Below, piece after piece: positions 1-9,129 of a stretch of DNA of 41,744 nucleotides. The position numbers were made by a program, and so were the translations under genes. This stretch comes from a virus: positions 1 to 41,744 of the IMG/VR virus record IMGVR_UViG_3300002461_000036; one strand, written 5' to 3'. Within the stretch, counting starts at the first letter, position 1, and every line of letters begins with the position of its first letter. The notes under the pieces were generated by a model, which saw only the letters and a list, made by a program, of their open reading frames with translations, was not told where the DNA came from and made no database searches.

Positions 1-94
1 TGTCGATGCTTACACCTTGACCGTTACCAGCGTTACCGCGCAGCAGCTCACGCTCAGTACCGCCGGTGAATGTACCACCAGCGCTAACGATGTT
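1..94. repeat. Exact 94-bp copy of the window end (41651..41744); circular-assembly overlap
   Basis: Compared base by base, 1..94 is identical to 41651..41744. The repeat lies inside an ORF whose frame continues across the junction. Confidence 0.95.
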
Positions 95-406
95 CTTCTG
101 TACGTAGGTGTTCGATGGCAAACGGTTCTTGGCCTGCTGCGTTGGGATCGCTGTCCACGTACCCGAGGGCGTACTGTCGGTTAGAATACGAACGGACACT
201 GCACCCTGCGCAACTTGCAGGTCTTGCATAGTGAGCATAAACGGAACGGCACAGGTGAACCGCAGGGAGGTGTTGGCCGAGATAGCCCGGTACGCACGGA
301 ACTGCCTACCGGTCCACAAACCCCGCGACATAATCTGTACCATCAAGGCGCCACGGAAACTCCGCAGCACCTCACGCAGTGCGTTGTACGCACTCCAGAT
401 GGCCAT
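1..406 (-). CDS. Hypothetical late protein, 5' part of a 173-aa ORF that wraps the window junction (continues 41650..41535)
   Basis: The ATG at 406 sits in a TAACATG arrangement with the stop of the upstream gene. The frame stays open to position 1 and continues in frame at 41650. The predicted product is beta-rich: '...GVSIDNIDTNVRLLPAGDYFFEILVTGTTSAVYYFEFEELDDM'. Confidence 0.6.
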   Translation of the reverse strand, partial: MAIWSAYNALREVLRSFRGALMVQIMSRGLWTGRQFRAYRAISANTSLRFTCAVPFMLTMQDLQVAQGAVSVRILTDSTPSGTWTAIPTQQAKNRLPSNTYVQKNIVSAGGTFTGGTERELLRGNAGNGQGVSID

Positions 407-407
407 G

Positions 408-608
408 TTACACGACAGCAGCCGAGACGAGTACATCCAGCTCGGTCAGGAGTTTATCGATAGTGACGTACTTGCCGTCCAGTACAGCGGTGTCGGTGAT
501 CGGCACAGCGCGGTAGTCTTCGGTGGCGCGGTGGGTTACTTTAGCAACGCGCTCGCACAGAAGGGACAGCTCAGCGCGTTGTGCGGCAGTGATGGAAGCG
601 TAGGACAT
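408..608 (-). CDS. Hypothetical late protein (66 aa)
   Basis: ATG at 608 lies 8 nt after GGAG. It follows the Rz1 stop (613..615). The product starts 'MSYASITAAQRAELSLL'. Confidence 0.55.
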   Translation of the reverse strand: MSYASITAAQRAELSLLCERVAKVTHRATEDYRAVPITDTAVLDGKYVTIDKLLTELDVLVSAAVV

Positions 609-612
609 GGTG

Positions 613-816
613 TTACTCCTTTGTGTGCCCATTCAGGGCGTTGCACAGCTCGATAGCTGCATGGTAGTCCAGAAGCCCCAATACGAGGCCCTGGTTGGTT
701 CTTGCATCTACTGCCGGGTGCAGGCACTCGACAGGCTTAACGACAGCGGATGGTGCTGCACAGGCTGTCAGAAACAGGCCCAGGCACAGCAGCGCCGCTC
801 CAGGCAGGGTTCGCAT
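613..816 (-). CDS. o-spanin (Rz1-like outer-membrane lipoprotein)
   Basis: 67 aa. Signal sequence with lipobox 'LFLTAC'. It starts inside the Rz ORF in another frame and extends past it (overlapped spanin architecture). Confidence 0.7.
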   Translation of the reverse strand: MRTLPGAALLCLGLFLTACAAPSAVVKPVECLHPAVDARTNQGLVLGLLDYHAAIELCNALNGHTKE

Positions 817-1036
817 TCAGCACCTCTTGCGTGTCTTGGCGGGCAGTAGCCGCCTTGGATTGCACAGCCAGGACAGCGGCCTGAGTCTCCGTCAGGCGGG
901 CCTCCAGGGCCGTTACCTGCGACGAACTCGCCTTGGCCAACTGTATGTACCGGGTACGCTCCGACAGGCCCCAGTAGGCCACCCCAAGGGCTAGCAGCAG
1001 GGCCGCAGTCAGGATGATCACAGGTCTTGATAGCAT
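737..1036 (-). CDS. i-spanin (Rz-like)
   Basis: 99 aa. N-terminal TM segment 'VIILTAALLLALGVAYWGL' followed by a coiled-coil-like region. It lies immediately after the endolysin. Confidence 0.7.
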   Translation of the reverse strand: MLSRPVIILTAALLLALGVAYWGLSERTRYIQLAKASSSQVTALEARLTETQAAVLAVQSKAATARQDTQEVLNANPAWSGAAVPGPVSDSLCSTIRCR

Positions 1037-1569
1037 AGCGCCTTCTCCGCTGCTCGGCGGTTCTCCAGGCCCCGTACAGGCTTGCCCTTGACCGTTGCCT
1101 TGAACCCCTTAGCGACACCCTGCTTGACTGCCCAAGGCGCTGTGATAGCGTCACAGGTGGCTTTCCAGTCGTGTCTGGCTAGGGCTGTACGGAAGCGGGA
1201 TGGCACCCGGTAGGTGCTTCCGTTGGCCCGGTAGGCCAGCTCCCAGGCCCAGCCGCCGACGCCTACGTTGTAGGCTACGCTGACCATGGCTGCCTTGACG
1301 CTATCAGGGGCCTCCAGGGGCACGTAGGGCGCGATGCCGGTCCAATACCGGGCTACCCCATGGAGCAGCATTTCGTCGCACTCAGCGAGCGTATAGCGCG
1401 CTTTGGGCGTGCCTACTGTCTCGCCGTAGCACCACGTAGGCACACCACCGATGTCGGCATACGGCTCCAACTGGGGACGCTTACCGCTCTCCACAGGGCC
1501 TAGGAAGGCCGCTGCGGTGAGGATGGCACCAGTGGCACCCAGGTGGATCAGTCTTTGCTTGAGGGACAC
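1018..1569 (-). CDS. SAR (signal-arrest-release) endolysin, lysozyme family (GH24-like)
   Basis: GTG start 7 nt after GGAGG. N-terminal weakly hydrophobic Gly/Ala-rich segment 'LIHLGATGAILTAAAFLG'. Lysozyme motif 'YADIGGVPTWCYGET'. Confidence 0.8.
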   Translation of the reverse strand: MSLKQRLIHLGATGAILTAAAFLGPVESGKRPQLEPYADIGGVPTWCYGETVGTPKARYTLAECDEMLLHGVARYWTGIAPYVPLEAPDSVKAAMVSVAYNVGVGGWAWELAYRANGSTYRVPSRFRTALARHDWKATCDAITAPWAVKQGVAKGFKATVKGKPVRGLENRRAAEKALCYQDL

Positions 1570-1760
1570 TGCTTTGCCTCCTTACGGGCAGCCGAGCGGT
1601 CGCGCAGCTCCACGTACAGTTTGTAGATTTGGCCCGTCACCAATACCCCGGTGAGGGCCGCTACTACCCAATGGATGTCCACCCCGGCCCAAAAGGCACC
1701 GAGGTAGCTCGCGGAGGGCGAGCTTTGGATGGCACGGTCGAGGATGTCCTCCTTCGTCAT
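1548..1760 (-). CDS. Holin (pinholin type expected alongside a SAR endolysin)
   Basis: 70 aa. Hydrophobic segments 'YLGAFWAGV' and 'HWVVAALTGVLVTGQIY' with a charged C-terminus. It sits between terminase and endolysin and overlaps both. Confidence 0.65.
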   Translation of the reverse strand: MTKEDILDRAIQSSPSASYLGAFWAGVDIHWVVAALTGVLVTGQIYKLYVELRDRSAARKEAKQCPSSKD

Positions 1761-3556
1761 TATCGATTCTCCCTGCGCCGCATGGCTGCATGAGTGCGCC
1801 CTTGTCGGGTACGCGGTGTTTGTTTCCGTGCGGCGCTGCCGAGCGGGTCTTTGATGAACGACTGCACTTCCTGTGCCTCGCGCTTACGCGCCTCCTGCTC
1901 CTCATCGACAATGAGGAAGCCAACCAACTCCCGAACCAATGCCTCCAGGGCATCGAGACGGTCGTCTTTTTCCAGCGAGCCTTTCTCCGTGGTGATGCTG
2001 TGCATCTGGTGGAACACGGAGCGAACAGAGCGCTTGTCGGCAGGGTACTGCTTGAGTAGCTCAAGGTCGGTGTCCAGGGCGGACTGGTGTACAACCAGAC
2101 GGTGCCGCTGGATAACCGGGCGCAGTGTATCAACAATGCGCTTCTCCTTCTGACCACCGGCCCAACGCTCATCGACACCGCAACCCTGCACACGGCGCTG
2201 GCCCGTCTCCGGGTCAATACCGTTGAAGTAGTTCTGGATCAGCTTGGTGACGGCACCGGCACCCATGTTGCGCTCAACGAGCACAACCTTGACGCCGTAC
2301 TGCTTGACCAGGGCGCACAGCTTCTCCAAGTTATCCTCGGCAAAGCCGCCCTTGAAACCACCGATAGACAGCAGGTGGATGTACGGGCCGACTACACCAC
2401 CGATAGCAAATGCCAGCTCATCGCCGCCGTCAGACGCAGGGTCAACGGTCATGGTGATGTTCTGGATGGTGGTGAAGTGCTCCGACATGTAGGCCGGGAA
2501 GTGCAGTGCAATACGGTCGAGCGGGAACTCAGCGGGCACAGGGTCCATACGGAACCGCTTATCGTTGGCCCAGCTCAGACGCTCAGGCACGGAGTCGCGC
2601 TGACAGTCGAGGAAGATCAGGTCGGCTAGCTTGAGCTGCTGACGTGCTGCGTCGGAGAGCGTGGTGTCCAGCATAAACTGCAACTGGAAGCCTTCGCTAC
2701 CCTGGTCAATCTCCTTCTTGCAGAGGTCTTCCTCGGTGTAGCGATCCGGGTCAGTAACGCGACCACGGGTGCCGTCCAGGCCGTAACCAGAACGCAGACG
2801 ATCACCACCAATAGCCAACCGCTCAAGAATACTCGGCGCCAGATGCTCACCATAGCGCTCCTGTTCCTCGTGGGAAGGGTAACGACCCGGCCAGATACGA
2901 ACGGTGTAGCCACGGCGCGGCAGCGCGTTGTAGATGGACTCTCGCGTCTGCGGGGTGCCCAGGTACATGATGCGGCCATGCGTACAGATGGAACTGAACT
3001 CACGGCTGAGCAGCGCAATGTGGTCGCGCCCAGTGGCAGTTAAACCGTTCTTCGTGGTCTCGATGTCGTCGGGGATCAGCACGTCAGCACGATAGCCCTG
3101 CAACGAGCCAGTGAGGCCCATGCAGTTCACCGATGCCGACTTCTCGACGCCTTTCAGCGCCCAGTGAACGTCGAACTCCAGATCGGAGGTACGGTCCCCG
3201 GCGTACTTGTCAGGCCGCAGGTACTCTAGGAGTTCCCACTGCATGATCAGGCGCTTCATCAGGATACCGTTTTCCTTGGCCTTGTCCTCCGCACCCGAGA
3301 TAAGCAGGACGCGGCAGGAAGGGTCTTGGATCAGTGACCAGATACCATAGAGGCAGGCCACGGTACTCTTGGCCTCACCCCGTTGGGCAGAGACCATCTG
3401 TTGTGCAGGCCCGTACTGCATGAACACGGCAATGTCTGCCTGCATCCACGTCAGTTCAAACCCGAGGAAATCCATGGCATCCCGCGCAAAGTCCACGAAC
3501 TCAGGGTAGAGTTCACGAACGAGCGTAGCCCGCTCCAGGCGGGCACGCGGGTCCAT
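1760..3556 (-). CDS. Terminase large subunit (T7 gp19-like)
   Basis: 598 aa. Walker A-like 'QRGEAKST' and Walker B-like 'VLIPDDIE'. Position after the small terminase subunit. Confidence 0.9.
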   Translation of the reverse strand: MDPRARLERATLVRELYPEFVDFARDAMDFLGFELTWMQADIAVFMQYGPAQQMVSAQRGEAKSTVACLYGIWSLIQDPSCRVLLISGAEDKAKENGILMKRLIMQWELLEYLRPDKYAGDRTSDLEFDVHWALKGVEKSASVNCMGLTGSLQGYRADVLIPDDIETTKNGLTATGRDHIALLSREFSSICTHGRIMYLGTPQTRESIYNALPRRGYTVRIWPGRYPSHEEQERYGEHLAPSILERLAIGGDRLRSGYGLDGTRGRVTDPDRYTEEDLCKKEIDQGSEGFQLQFMLDTTLSDAARQQLKLADLIFLDCQRDSVPERLSWANDKRFRMDPVPAEFPLDRIALHFPAYMSEHFTTIQNITMTVDPASDGGDELAFAIGGVVGPYIHLLSIGGFKGGFAEDNLEKLCALVKQYGVKVVLVERNMGAGAVTKLIQNYFNGIDPETGQRRVQGCGVDERWAGGQKEKRIVDTLRPVIQRHRLVVHQSALDTDLELLKQYPADKRSVRSVFHQMHSITTEKGSLEKDDRLDALEALVRELVGFLIVDEEQEARKREAQEVQSFIKDPLGSAARKQTPRTRQGRTHAAMRRRENR

Positions 3557-3846
3557 TAGGCTAGACCGAGCTGCTGACGAATTGCATCGTCAGCGCCAGC
3601 CATAGCCTCCGCAGCACGCTTGCGGCGCGCAGCAGATTGCTCACGAAACTGCTCACGCAGCTTCTCCAGATCACCGGCATCAGCAGGGTCTGCGGTCACG
3701 GAGTTGTCCTTGAGGAACTTAGCCATGGCCGCTTTGTCTGCTGCTGGCACGGGGATTTCGTTCTCACGATACCACCGCAGCTCGTCCAGCATTTGTTGTG
3801 CAAGCTCCTGATGGAGTTCGCTGAGTACATCCTTCTTAGCGGCCAT
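3556..3846 (-). CDS. Terminase small subunit (T7 gp18-like)
   Basis: 96 aa, helical and charged. GGAGG lies upstream of the ATG. It is immediately upstream of, and overlaps by 1 nt, the large terminase subunit. Confidence 0.65.
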   Translation of the reverse strand: MAAKKDVLSELHQELAQQMLDELRWYRENEIPVPAADKAAMAKFLKDNSVTADPADAGDLEKLREQFREQSAARRKRAAEAMAGADDAIRQQLGLA

Positions 3847-3854
3847 AAGCCTCC

Positions 3855-6095
3855 TTACGTTGTGATGATCACCACGCGCCAGTCACCTGCTGGAATAGTG
3901 ATAGAAGCACCGGTCTCGTTTTGCACGCGGACCCGTACTTGGTTGTTGGCCTGAACATAGCCGTAGATCAATGCCCCTAGTGGATTGCCAACAAAGGACA
4001 CCATTACGATGTCGCCCGGCACGCCGAGTGGCCCCTGCGCATCCAAGTTGTTGCCGATGGTGAACCCCTGACCGTCTGCCATTGCAAGGGAACCTTGCGC
4101 AAACGTGTACTGGTTGCCCATCAGCAGATCACCGCGACCTGTCTTGAGTTGCGTGATGGTCGCTTGCGAGCCTAAGTAACTTGGGTTTACGGCAGATACC
4201 CCAGGCGGCAGCTCGTTCAGCGCGCAACGGTTACCGGTGTTCACGGTTGACACGACACCTACAAGGTAGATCGTACCCGCGATAACGCTTCGCAACTTGT
4301 TACGCTCGATGGTCAGGTACGACACCGAGGAACCGCCGCCATTGGAGATAAGCAGGGAGGATACCCCGTCACCGCAGGCAGTCAACGTGTTATCGCTAAA
4401 GTCACAGTTGACACAACTACCCGCCAAGCGTAGTGGGTAACGCACGAGCCGAATATCGTTATCTCGGATAATGACGTTGGATACACCGTTGCCAAGAATG
4501 AACGCACTGTCCACCATTTCACTCGATGAGTTACCTGACACCATGTTACCCGTGGCCAGGATGGACGTACTACCGGCACTAAAGTTGAAAGCTGCGCCGG
4601 AACCACCAAGCCCCCAGTTGTACAGGTGGTTACCTTGTACGACCACACGCCGCTGCAAACCACCAGCACCGTCGAAGGCAACGATGGATACGCCGGCCGC
4701 GTTAGCTGCCCCAGTACCCGAGTTACGCGCATGGTTGCGACATACGGAGCCATCATCTGTGCCGTCACGGATGAGCACTGGCGTACACGTGCCTGTGCCG
4801 GTTGCGTAGACGTGGTTGTCTTCGACGTGGTAGTCCGCAACCCAATTCAACTCAATGTTGCAATCGATTGGTTTAGAGATATGCGTACGGTTATCACGCA
4901 CCTTCACAGAGCGCCCGATGTTGCTAGCATCGCCCAGGATATAAACGCAGTTTTGCACTGCCGTGGTGATGTCTACGTAGAAGTCATTGTCCTCTACTTG
5001 GATATTGAGCATTTCGTTGTTAAACGTGCTCTCACCGTTTACATAGACCCCCGGAACGTTGGAGATATCGCGGAACTCGTTAGAGTGGATGCGGATGTTC
5101 CGAATCTTCTTACCGGTGCCGTTTCGGGAACCAATCAGGATACCGTGACCAGCATTACCTGGGCCGCTGTTGAGCGTGCCAAAGTCGCGTACCAGACAGT
5201 CAGTGAAACTAAAATCAATGACAGAACCACCGCGCAAGTGTACGCAACCCATGTCCTGGGCATCCAGGGACATTGTAGTCTGAAACTGACGGTTGCCAAC
5301 AAAGGTCATACTGCGGATATGAAACCCGCTAATGTCCCCGTCGCTCTGGATCATCGAGTAACCAGATACCGTCCGGTTGGACAGCGCCCAGTATACGCGC
5401 ACCGCATCGCGCTGCACACCGACCCAAACTTGGTTTGAACGCGGTGTTAGGCGGGTCACGCGGTAATTACCCGCTGGCCAGATAATCAGCTTAGCGCCGC
5501 TATTAATAACAGCCTGCAATGCCACAGTGTCGTCGGACCCGGTTCCCGTGGCGCCGTTGTCAGTAGCATATGCCACATGCGCGAGGCGCGCGGCCAGCGG
5601 TCGGAGCTTGTAACCGATTAGTGCTGCGCCAAGTGCAGGGTCGATGTTGTTGGCAAGTTGCGTGCGCAATTGCAAGGCAGAGTCCGTAAGCGCTTCTTCC
5701 ACCAGTGCTTCCGTGGCCTCCGCTTTATCAATTGCGGCATTTGCTGTTGCAAGCGCCTCTGCTGCATCATCCGCTGTAGTTGCAATAGCCTCTTGCGCCG
5801 CGTACAGCAACTGCCGATTATTATCATCCACGTAGCGGGGCAGGAATGGCACCCCGCCGTCGAAGACGTGGCGAAGCGTCTCCGCAGCAGTGCTACGGTA
5901 GATGCGGATTTCTGCGCCGGTCGGCGGGGCAACGGTCAACTCAACTGTTGCGGCAGATAGGAAGTCAAAGCTTACGGCAACGCCGTCCACAGTGACGAAG
6001 ACCTCACCTTGTGTGAGATACGGAAACCCGAACCCATAGGTCCGGGTCGTACCATCACCTAAGTAGAGTGCCTCTACCTCGGGGATTTGTGCCAA
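3855..6095 (-). CDS. Tail fiber/tailspike: T7 gp17-like N-terminal adaptor plus right-handed beta-helix (pectate-lyase-type) depolymerase domain
   Basis: TTG start 6 nt after GGAG. N-terminus 'MAQIPEVEALYLGDGTTRTYGFGFPYL' resembles the gp17 adaptor. 'GATGTGSDDTVALQAVINSGAKLIIWPAGNYRV' resembles the pectate-lyase-3 signature. Many short repeated beta-helix-like turns follow. Confidence 0.85.
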   Translation of the reverse strand: MAQIPEVEALYLGDGTTRTYGFGFPYLTQGEVFVTVDGVAVSFDFLSAATVELTVAPPTGAEIRIYRSTAAETLRHVFDGGVPFLPRYVDDNNRQLLYAAQEAIATTADDAAEALATANAAIDKAEATEALVEEALTDSALQLRTQLANNIDPALGAALIGYKLRPLAARLAHVAYATDNGATGTGSDDTVALQAVINSGAKLIIWPAGNYRVTRLTPRSNQVWVGVQRDAVRVYWALSNRTVSGYSMIQSDGDISGFHIRSMTFVGNRQFQTTMSLDAQDMGCVHLRGGSVIDFSFTDCLVRDFGTLNSGPGNAGHGILIGSRNGTGKKIRNIRIHSNEFRDISNVPGVYVNGESTFNNEMLNIQVEDNDFYVDITTAVQNCVYILGDASNIGRSVKVRDNRTHISKPIDCNIELNWVADYHVEDNHVYATGTGTCTPVLIRDGTDDGSVCRNHARNSGTGAANAAGVSIVAFDGAGGLQRRVVVQGNHLYNWGLGGSGAAFNFSAGSTSILATGNMVSGNSSSEMVDSAFILGNGVSNVIIRDNDIRLVRYPLRLAGSCVNCDFSDNTLTACGDGVSSLLISNGGGSSVSYLTIERNKLRSVIAGTIYLVGVVSTVNTGNRCALNELPPGVSAVNPSYLGSQATITQLKTGRGDLLMGNQYTFAQGSLAMADGQGFTIGNNLDAQGPLGVPGDIVMVSFVGNPLGALIYGYVQANNQVRVRVQNETGASITIPAGDWRVVIITT

Positions 6096-6096
6096 G

Positions 6097-9000
6097 TTAA
6101 TCTCCTTTCATTGCGTCAAGTGCGAGCGCTGTGCCCGGCATAACGTTCAGATACGGCACGACCATTGAAGCGGCCTTGCCAAGTTCAGCAGCACCCGCAC
6201 CTACGTCGCCCTCGAAGATGGCCTTGCCACCATTAAGGACACGACCAGGCACATCGGCCACTGCTGTGATAGGCGTGCTGAAACCACCTCGCCCACCAGT
6301 CAGCCCGAGGATACCTGCGGCGTCACCGACAAAGCCAAGACCGGCGGTGTAACCTAGGGTCTTGAGCGCAGCCTGACGGATACCGTCTTCGCTCAGGTCG
6401 AGCGTGCCCTTGCGCGCCTCGTTGGCCGAGACCATGAGGAACGTAAGTGGGTACTGGAAAGCCAACAGGGTAGCCATGCCTTGTGGGCCACGGCTGTTCA
6501 ACGTACCACGGAGCAGTTTGTTGTGGGCCAGCGATACGAACGAGCGGAACTGGCCCATGACTTGCCCCACAGAGCTGCGGGAGAAGCTGGCACCCTGACC
6601 AACACGGCCATACAGCACAGCGTCGTCCATCATGCGCAGAGCGATGTTCATCACCTGATCAATGTCGCGGTTAAGCCACTCGCCCCAATTCATGCTTGTG
6701 GCGTTATCACTACGGTATGTGACTTTACTCCGGATCATTGCACCCATCTGGTCCCAGTTGAGGTCAGGTGCATAACGCTTGATGGCTTCCAGTGCTTCGG
6801 TGTCACCCTTAGCTGCCCGAGCAAACTTGTTGAGCACGAGGTTGGCGTTCATTCGGGCCTGGTGGGCGTGGATAAATTTCATACCGTTGAGGAACGGCAC
6901 AGCCTGTTTGCCATTATGCAGCAGACGGTCAACCACGGTATCAGAGCTTTCGAGGAAAGCATCGTGCTGGCGCTTCCAGGGACGGATGCGCACGTCGCGG
7001 GCCAGGTCGAGGTTCAGCACAGTGGCCAGCTCATCGGCCAGGTCAGGCGACCCGTTGATGCGCTCCAGGGCCTGCCGTACACCAGGCATCGCCTTCACGA
7101 ACTCCGCACCGGTCTTGACGACGCCGTGCTGGTACGCGATGGTGCTGTACTCGGCTGCCTGCCACATACCCGACCCACTCAGCATCGTGGCGTCTGCAAT
7201 GCTCTTAGCACGCTGCGTCCACTGGCCGAGCTTACCACGATCCGGGACGTTGCCAGTGAAGTCTGCCATCAGACTGTCAAACTGGAACAACTGGTCCTCC
7301 AGCTCAACATCGGAAATGTCCCCGAGGGATTTCTCATAGCTACGGCGGAAGGCTTCAAGCTCCGAGTCATCCGAGCCTACCCCGGCCTTGGCCAGCGCAC
7401 TGCGCCCGCTGATGCTGGATGAGTAGTTCTGGATCACACGGTCGAGGTCGGTGTCGATCAGGTCGGTCATCTTGTAGACGACACCATCAGCACCCATTGC
7501 AGTCACCGACATGTCCAGACTCAGACGATGCTTACCGTACTTGATAGTGCCCTGGTCTGATGCTTTCTGCTCCACCTTGGCCATGATGCTAGCGATGCGA
7601 CCCTCGCTCACCTTTGCTGCTTCCAAGCTCTCACGCAGGAAGGCAGTGTCGGCTTTACCCAGCGCACCCATGAACTCAGATCGCGCACCGCTGGCCTTGT
7701 CCTTGGCACGTTGAATCAGCGAGGCTGCAATGGCGTCTGCCTCATCCTCGTCAATGCCATTGATGCCGCGCAGGGCGGATTGCTTGAGCATGTTGCGCAC
7801 GGTGCCTGGCGTGGCGTTCTCAATGCGACGGAACTCACTAGGGTTCCAGCTACGGTGGAAGTAGCCTGGGCGGGCGGTGAAGTCCTCAAAGCCCCGCACA
7901 CCCGCATCGCGGGCTAACTCGCCCAAGCGAGCATGCAGTTTGTCCGACTGATCCGCCAAGCGTGTCACCAGTGCGTCTGCCTCCGGGTTGGGGCGTACGC
8001 TACCAAAGCGGAACCACTCAGCATCCCGGCGCAGCAGCTCATCGGCCACCTGCTTGTTCACGGTGTCCCGCGCATTGGTGAAGTCCCCGTTGATGTCGGT
8101 GCGCCGAGTGAACCAGCCCATGCCAGTCCGCTCGGTGACACCCTGCTCCAGCAGGTCATCGTACTCCTTGACCAACCCATCCGCCTCGTTGGCATAACGG
8201 CGCAAGAAGCTAGCGGCGTTGCCGTTGCTATACCAGCCCTCGCGGCGTACCGGGTCGTCCACGAGATTGCGCAGCAGGTCGCGGGCAGCAGGTGTCGCAG
8301 CCAGCTTGTCTACCTCAGACAAATGCTTGTTGAAGAAACCTGCCGCACTGTTGACGCCCTTAATAGGCACAGTGCCGAGCCTGCCGCCTTCACGGACAGC
8401 CTTAGCCCCGGTAGCCCCGAACAGCGCCATAGCGCCGCCTGTGAGGCTAGCGCTGATAAGGTAGTCCGTGGCATCCGTCTGCACACCTAGGGACTCCCCA
8501 AGGGCCGTGGTGCCAGTACCTACCGTAACACCTGCCATGGCTGCCCCAGCACGCCCCAAGCGCAGGGCGCGGGAGAAGCCCAAGGTAGCCCCGTCGATCA
8601 GGAGCTGCGTAGGGTCCAGCACGCCTGCGGTGATGGCTACAGCGCCGTGTCGTTCGAGGATGTCCTCGTTGCGGCGCAGCTCCTGCATGCGCTCAGCCAG
8701 CTCAATCTGCGCGTCCAGGGTGCCTGCACGGCCCAGGGCTGACAGGTTGTCATCGGTGGTCGGCAGGTTGAAGCGCTGGGCTAGCTCGACCGCACTGGAT
8801 GCTCGGTCGAAGTTCGGATCGTAATCTCGGAACTGCTCATCGTAGTTGCTGCGCACCTGCTCCATCAGGCGGTTGGTCAGGCTGTTGTCCACCGCTGCTT
8901 GCACTGCGGTCCCGAAGGTCTCAGCAGCAGCCTGCTCAGCCTTGACGAGCGGAGCGGCCTGCTCAACGGCGTAAGCCTCCGCTACGGCGCTGGTTGGCAC

Positions 9001-9120
9001 CCCGCCAGTGAACTCCACGTTTTGCATTACGGTAGGCGCTGCCGGGTTAAGGGCAGCTTGCAGGTCTTCCAATGGAAGCGTTACCTTCGGTTCCAAACTA
9101 CCCTTAGTCGGCGTTGCCAT
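6097..9120 (-). CDS. Internal virion protein C (T7 gp16 / phiKMV gp37 analogue)
   Basis: 1007 aa. GGAG RBS. Called from position between the lysozyme-bearing internal virion protein and the tail fiber; the call rests on size and synteny. Confidence 0.75.
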   Translation of the reverse strand: MATPTKGSLEPKVTLPLEDLQAALNPAAPTVMQNVEFTGGVPTSAVAEAYAVEQAAPLVKAEQAAAETFGTAVQAAVDNSLTNRLMEQVRSNYDEQFRDYDPNFDRASSAVELAQRFNLPTTDDNLSALGRAGTLDAQIELAERMQELRRNEDILERHGAVAITAGVLDPTQLLIDGATLGFSRALRLGRAGAAMAGVTVGTGTTALGESLGVQTDATDYLISASLTGGAMALFGATGAKAVREGGRLGTVPIKGVNSAAGFFNKHLSEVDKLAATPAARDLLRNLVDDPVRREGWYSNGNAASFLRRYANEADGLVKEYDDLLEQGVTERTGMGWFTRRTDINGDFTNARDTVNKQVADELLRRDAEWFRFGSVRPNPEADALVTRLADQSDKLHARLGELARDAGVRGFEDFTARPGYFHRSWNPSEFRRIENATPGTVRNMLKQSALRGINGIDEDEADAIAASLIQRAKDKASGARSEFMGALGKADTAFLRESLEAAKVSEGRIASIMAKVEQKASDQGTIKYGKHRLSLDMSVTAMGADGVVYKMTDLIDTDLDRVIQNYSSSISGRSALAKAGVGSDDSELEAFRRSYEKSLGDISDVELEDQLFQFDSLMADFTGNVPDRGKLGQWTQRAKSIADATMLSGSGMWQAAEYSTIAYQHGVVKTGAEFVKAMPGVRQALERINGSPDLADELATVLNLDLARDVRIRPWKRQHDAFLESSDTVVDRLLHNGKQAVPFLNGMKFIHAHQARMNANLVLNKFARAAKGDTEALEAIKRYAPDLNWDQMGAMIRSKVTYRSDNATSMNWGEWLNRDIDQVMNIALRMMDDAVLYGRVGQGASFSRSSVGQVMGQFRSFVSLAHNKLLRGTLNSRGPQGMATLLAFQYPLTFLMVSANEARKGTLDLSEDGIRQAALKTLGYTAGLGFVGDAAGILGLTGGRGGFSTPITAVADVPGRVLNGGKAIFEGDVGAGAAELGKAASMVVPYLNVMPGTALALDAMKGD
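6708..6728 (-). promoter_or_regulatory. Phage-RNAP promoter-like site (phi4) embedded in the internal virion protein C coding sequence
   Basis: The minus strand reads GTAAAGTCACATACCGTAGTG. This matches the consensus tTAAAGTCACATAmyrTAG shared with the sites at 16336, 19701, 19743 and 40773. Confidence 0.55.
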
Positions 9121-9129
9121 GTTGTCTCC

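Noticed and set aside
1582-2217. 211-aa alternative-frame ORF inside the large terminase gene (and similar ones such as 2626..3018, 4382..4840, 12533..12907)
   Set aside because: They are nested in other frames of strongly supported genes, with Arg/Ser/Pro-rich shadow composition.
4397-4406. TAAAGTCACA on the + strand inside the tailspike gene, as a sixth phage promoter
   Set aside because: It matches only the upstream half of the consensus. The initiation half (ATAmyrTAG) is absent (GTTGACACA instead).
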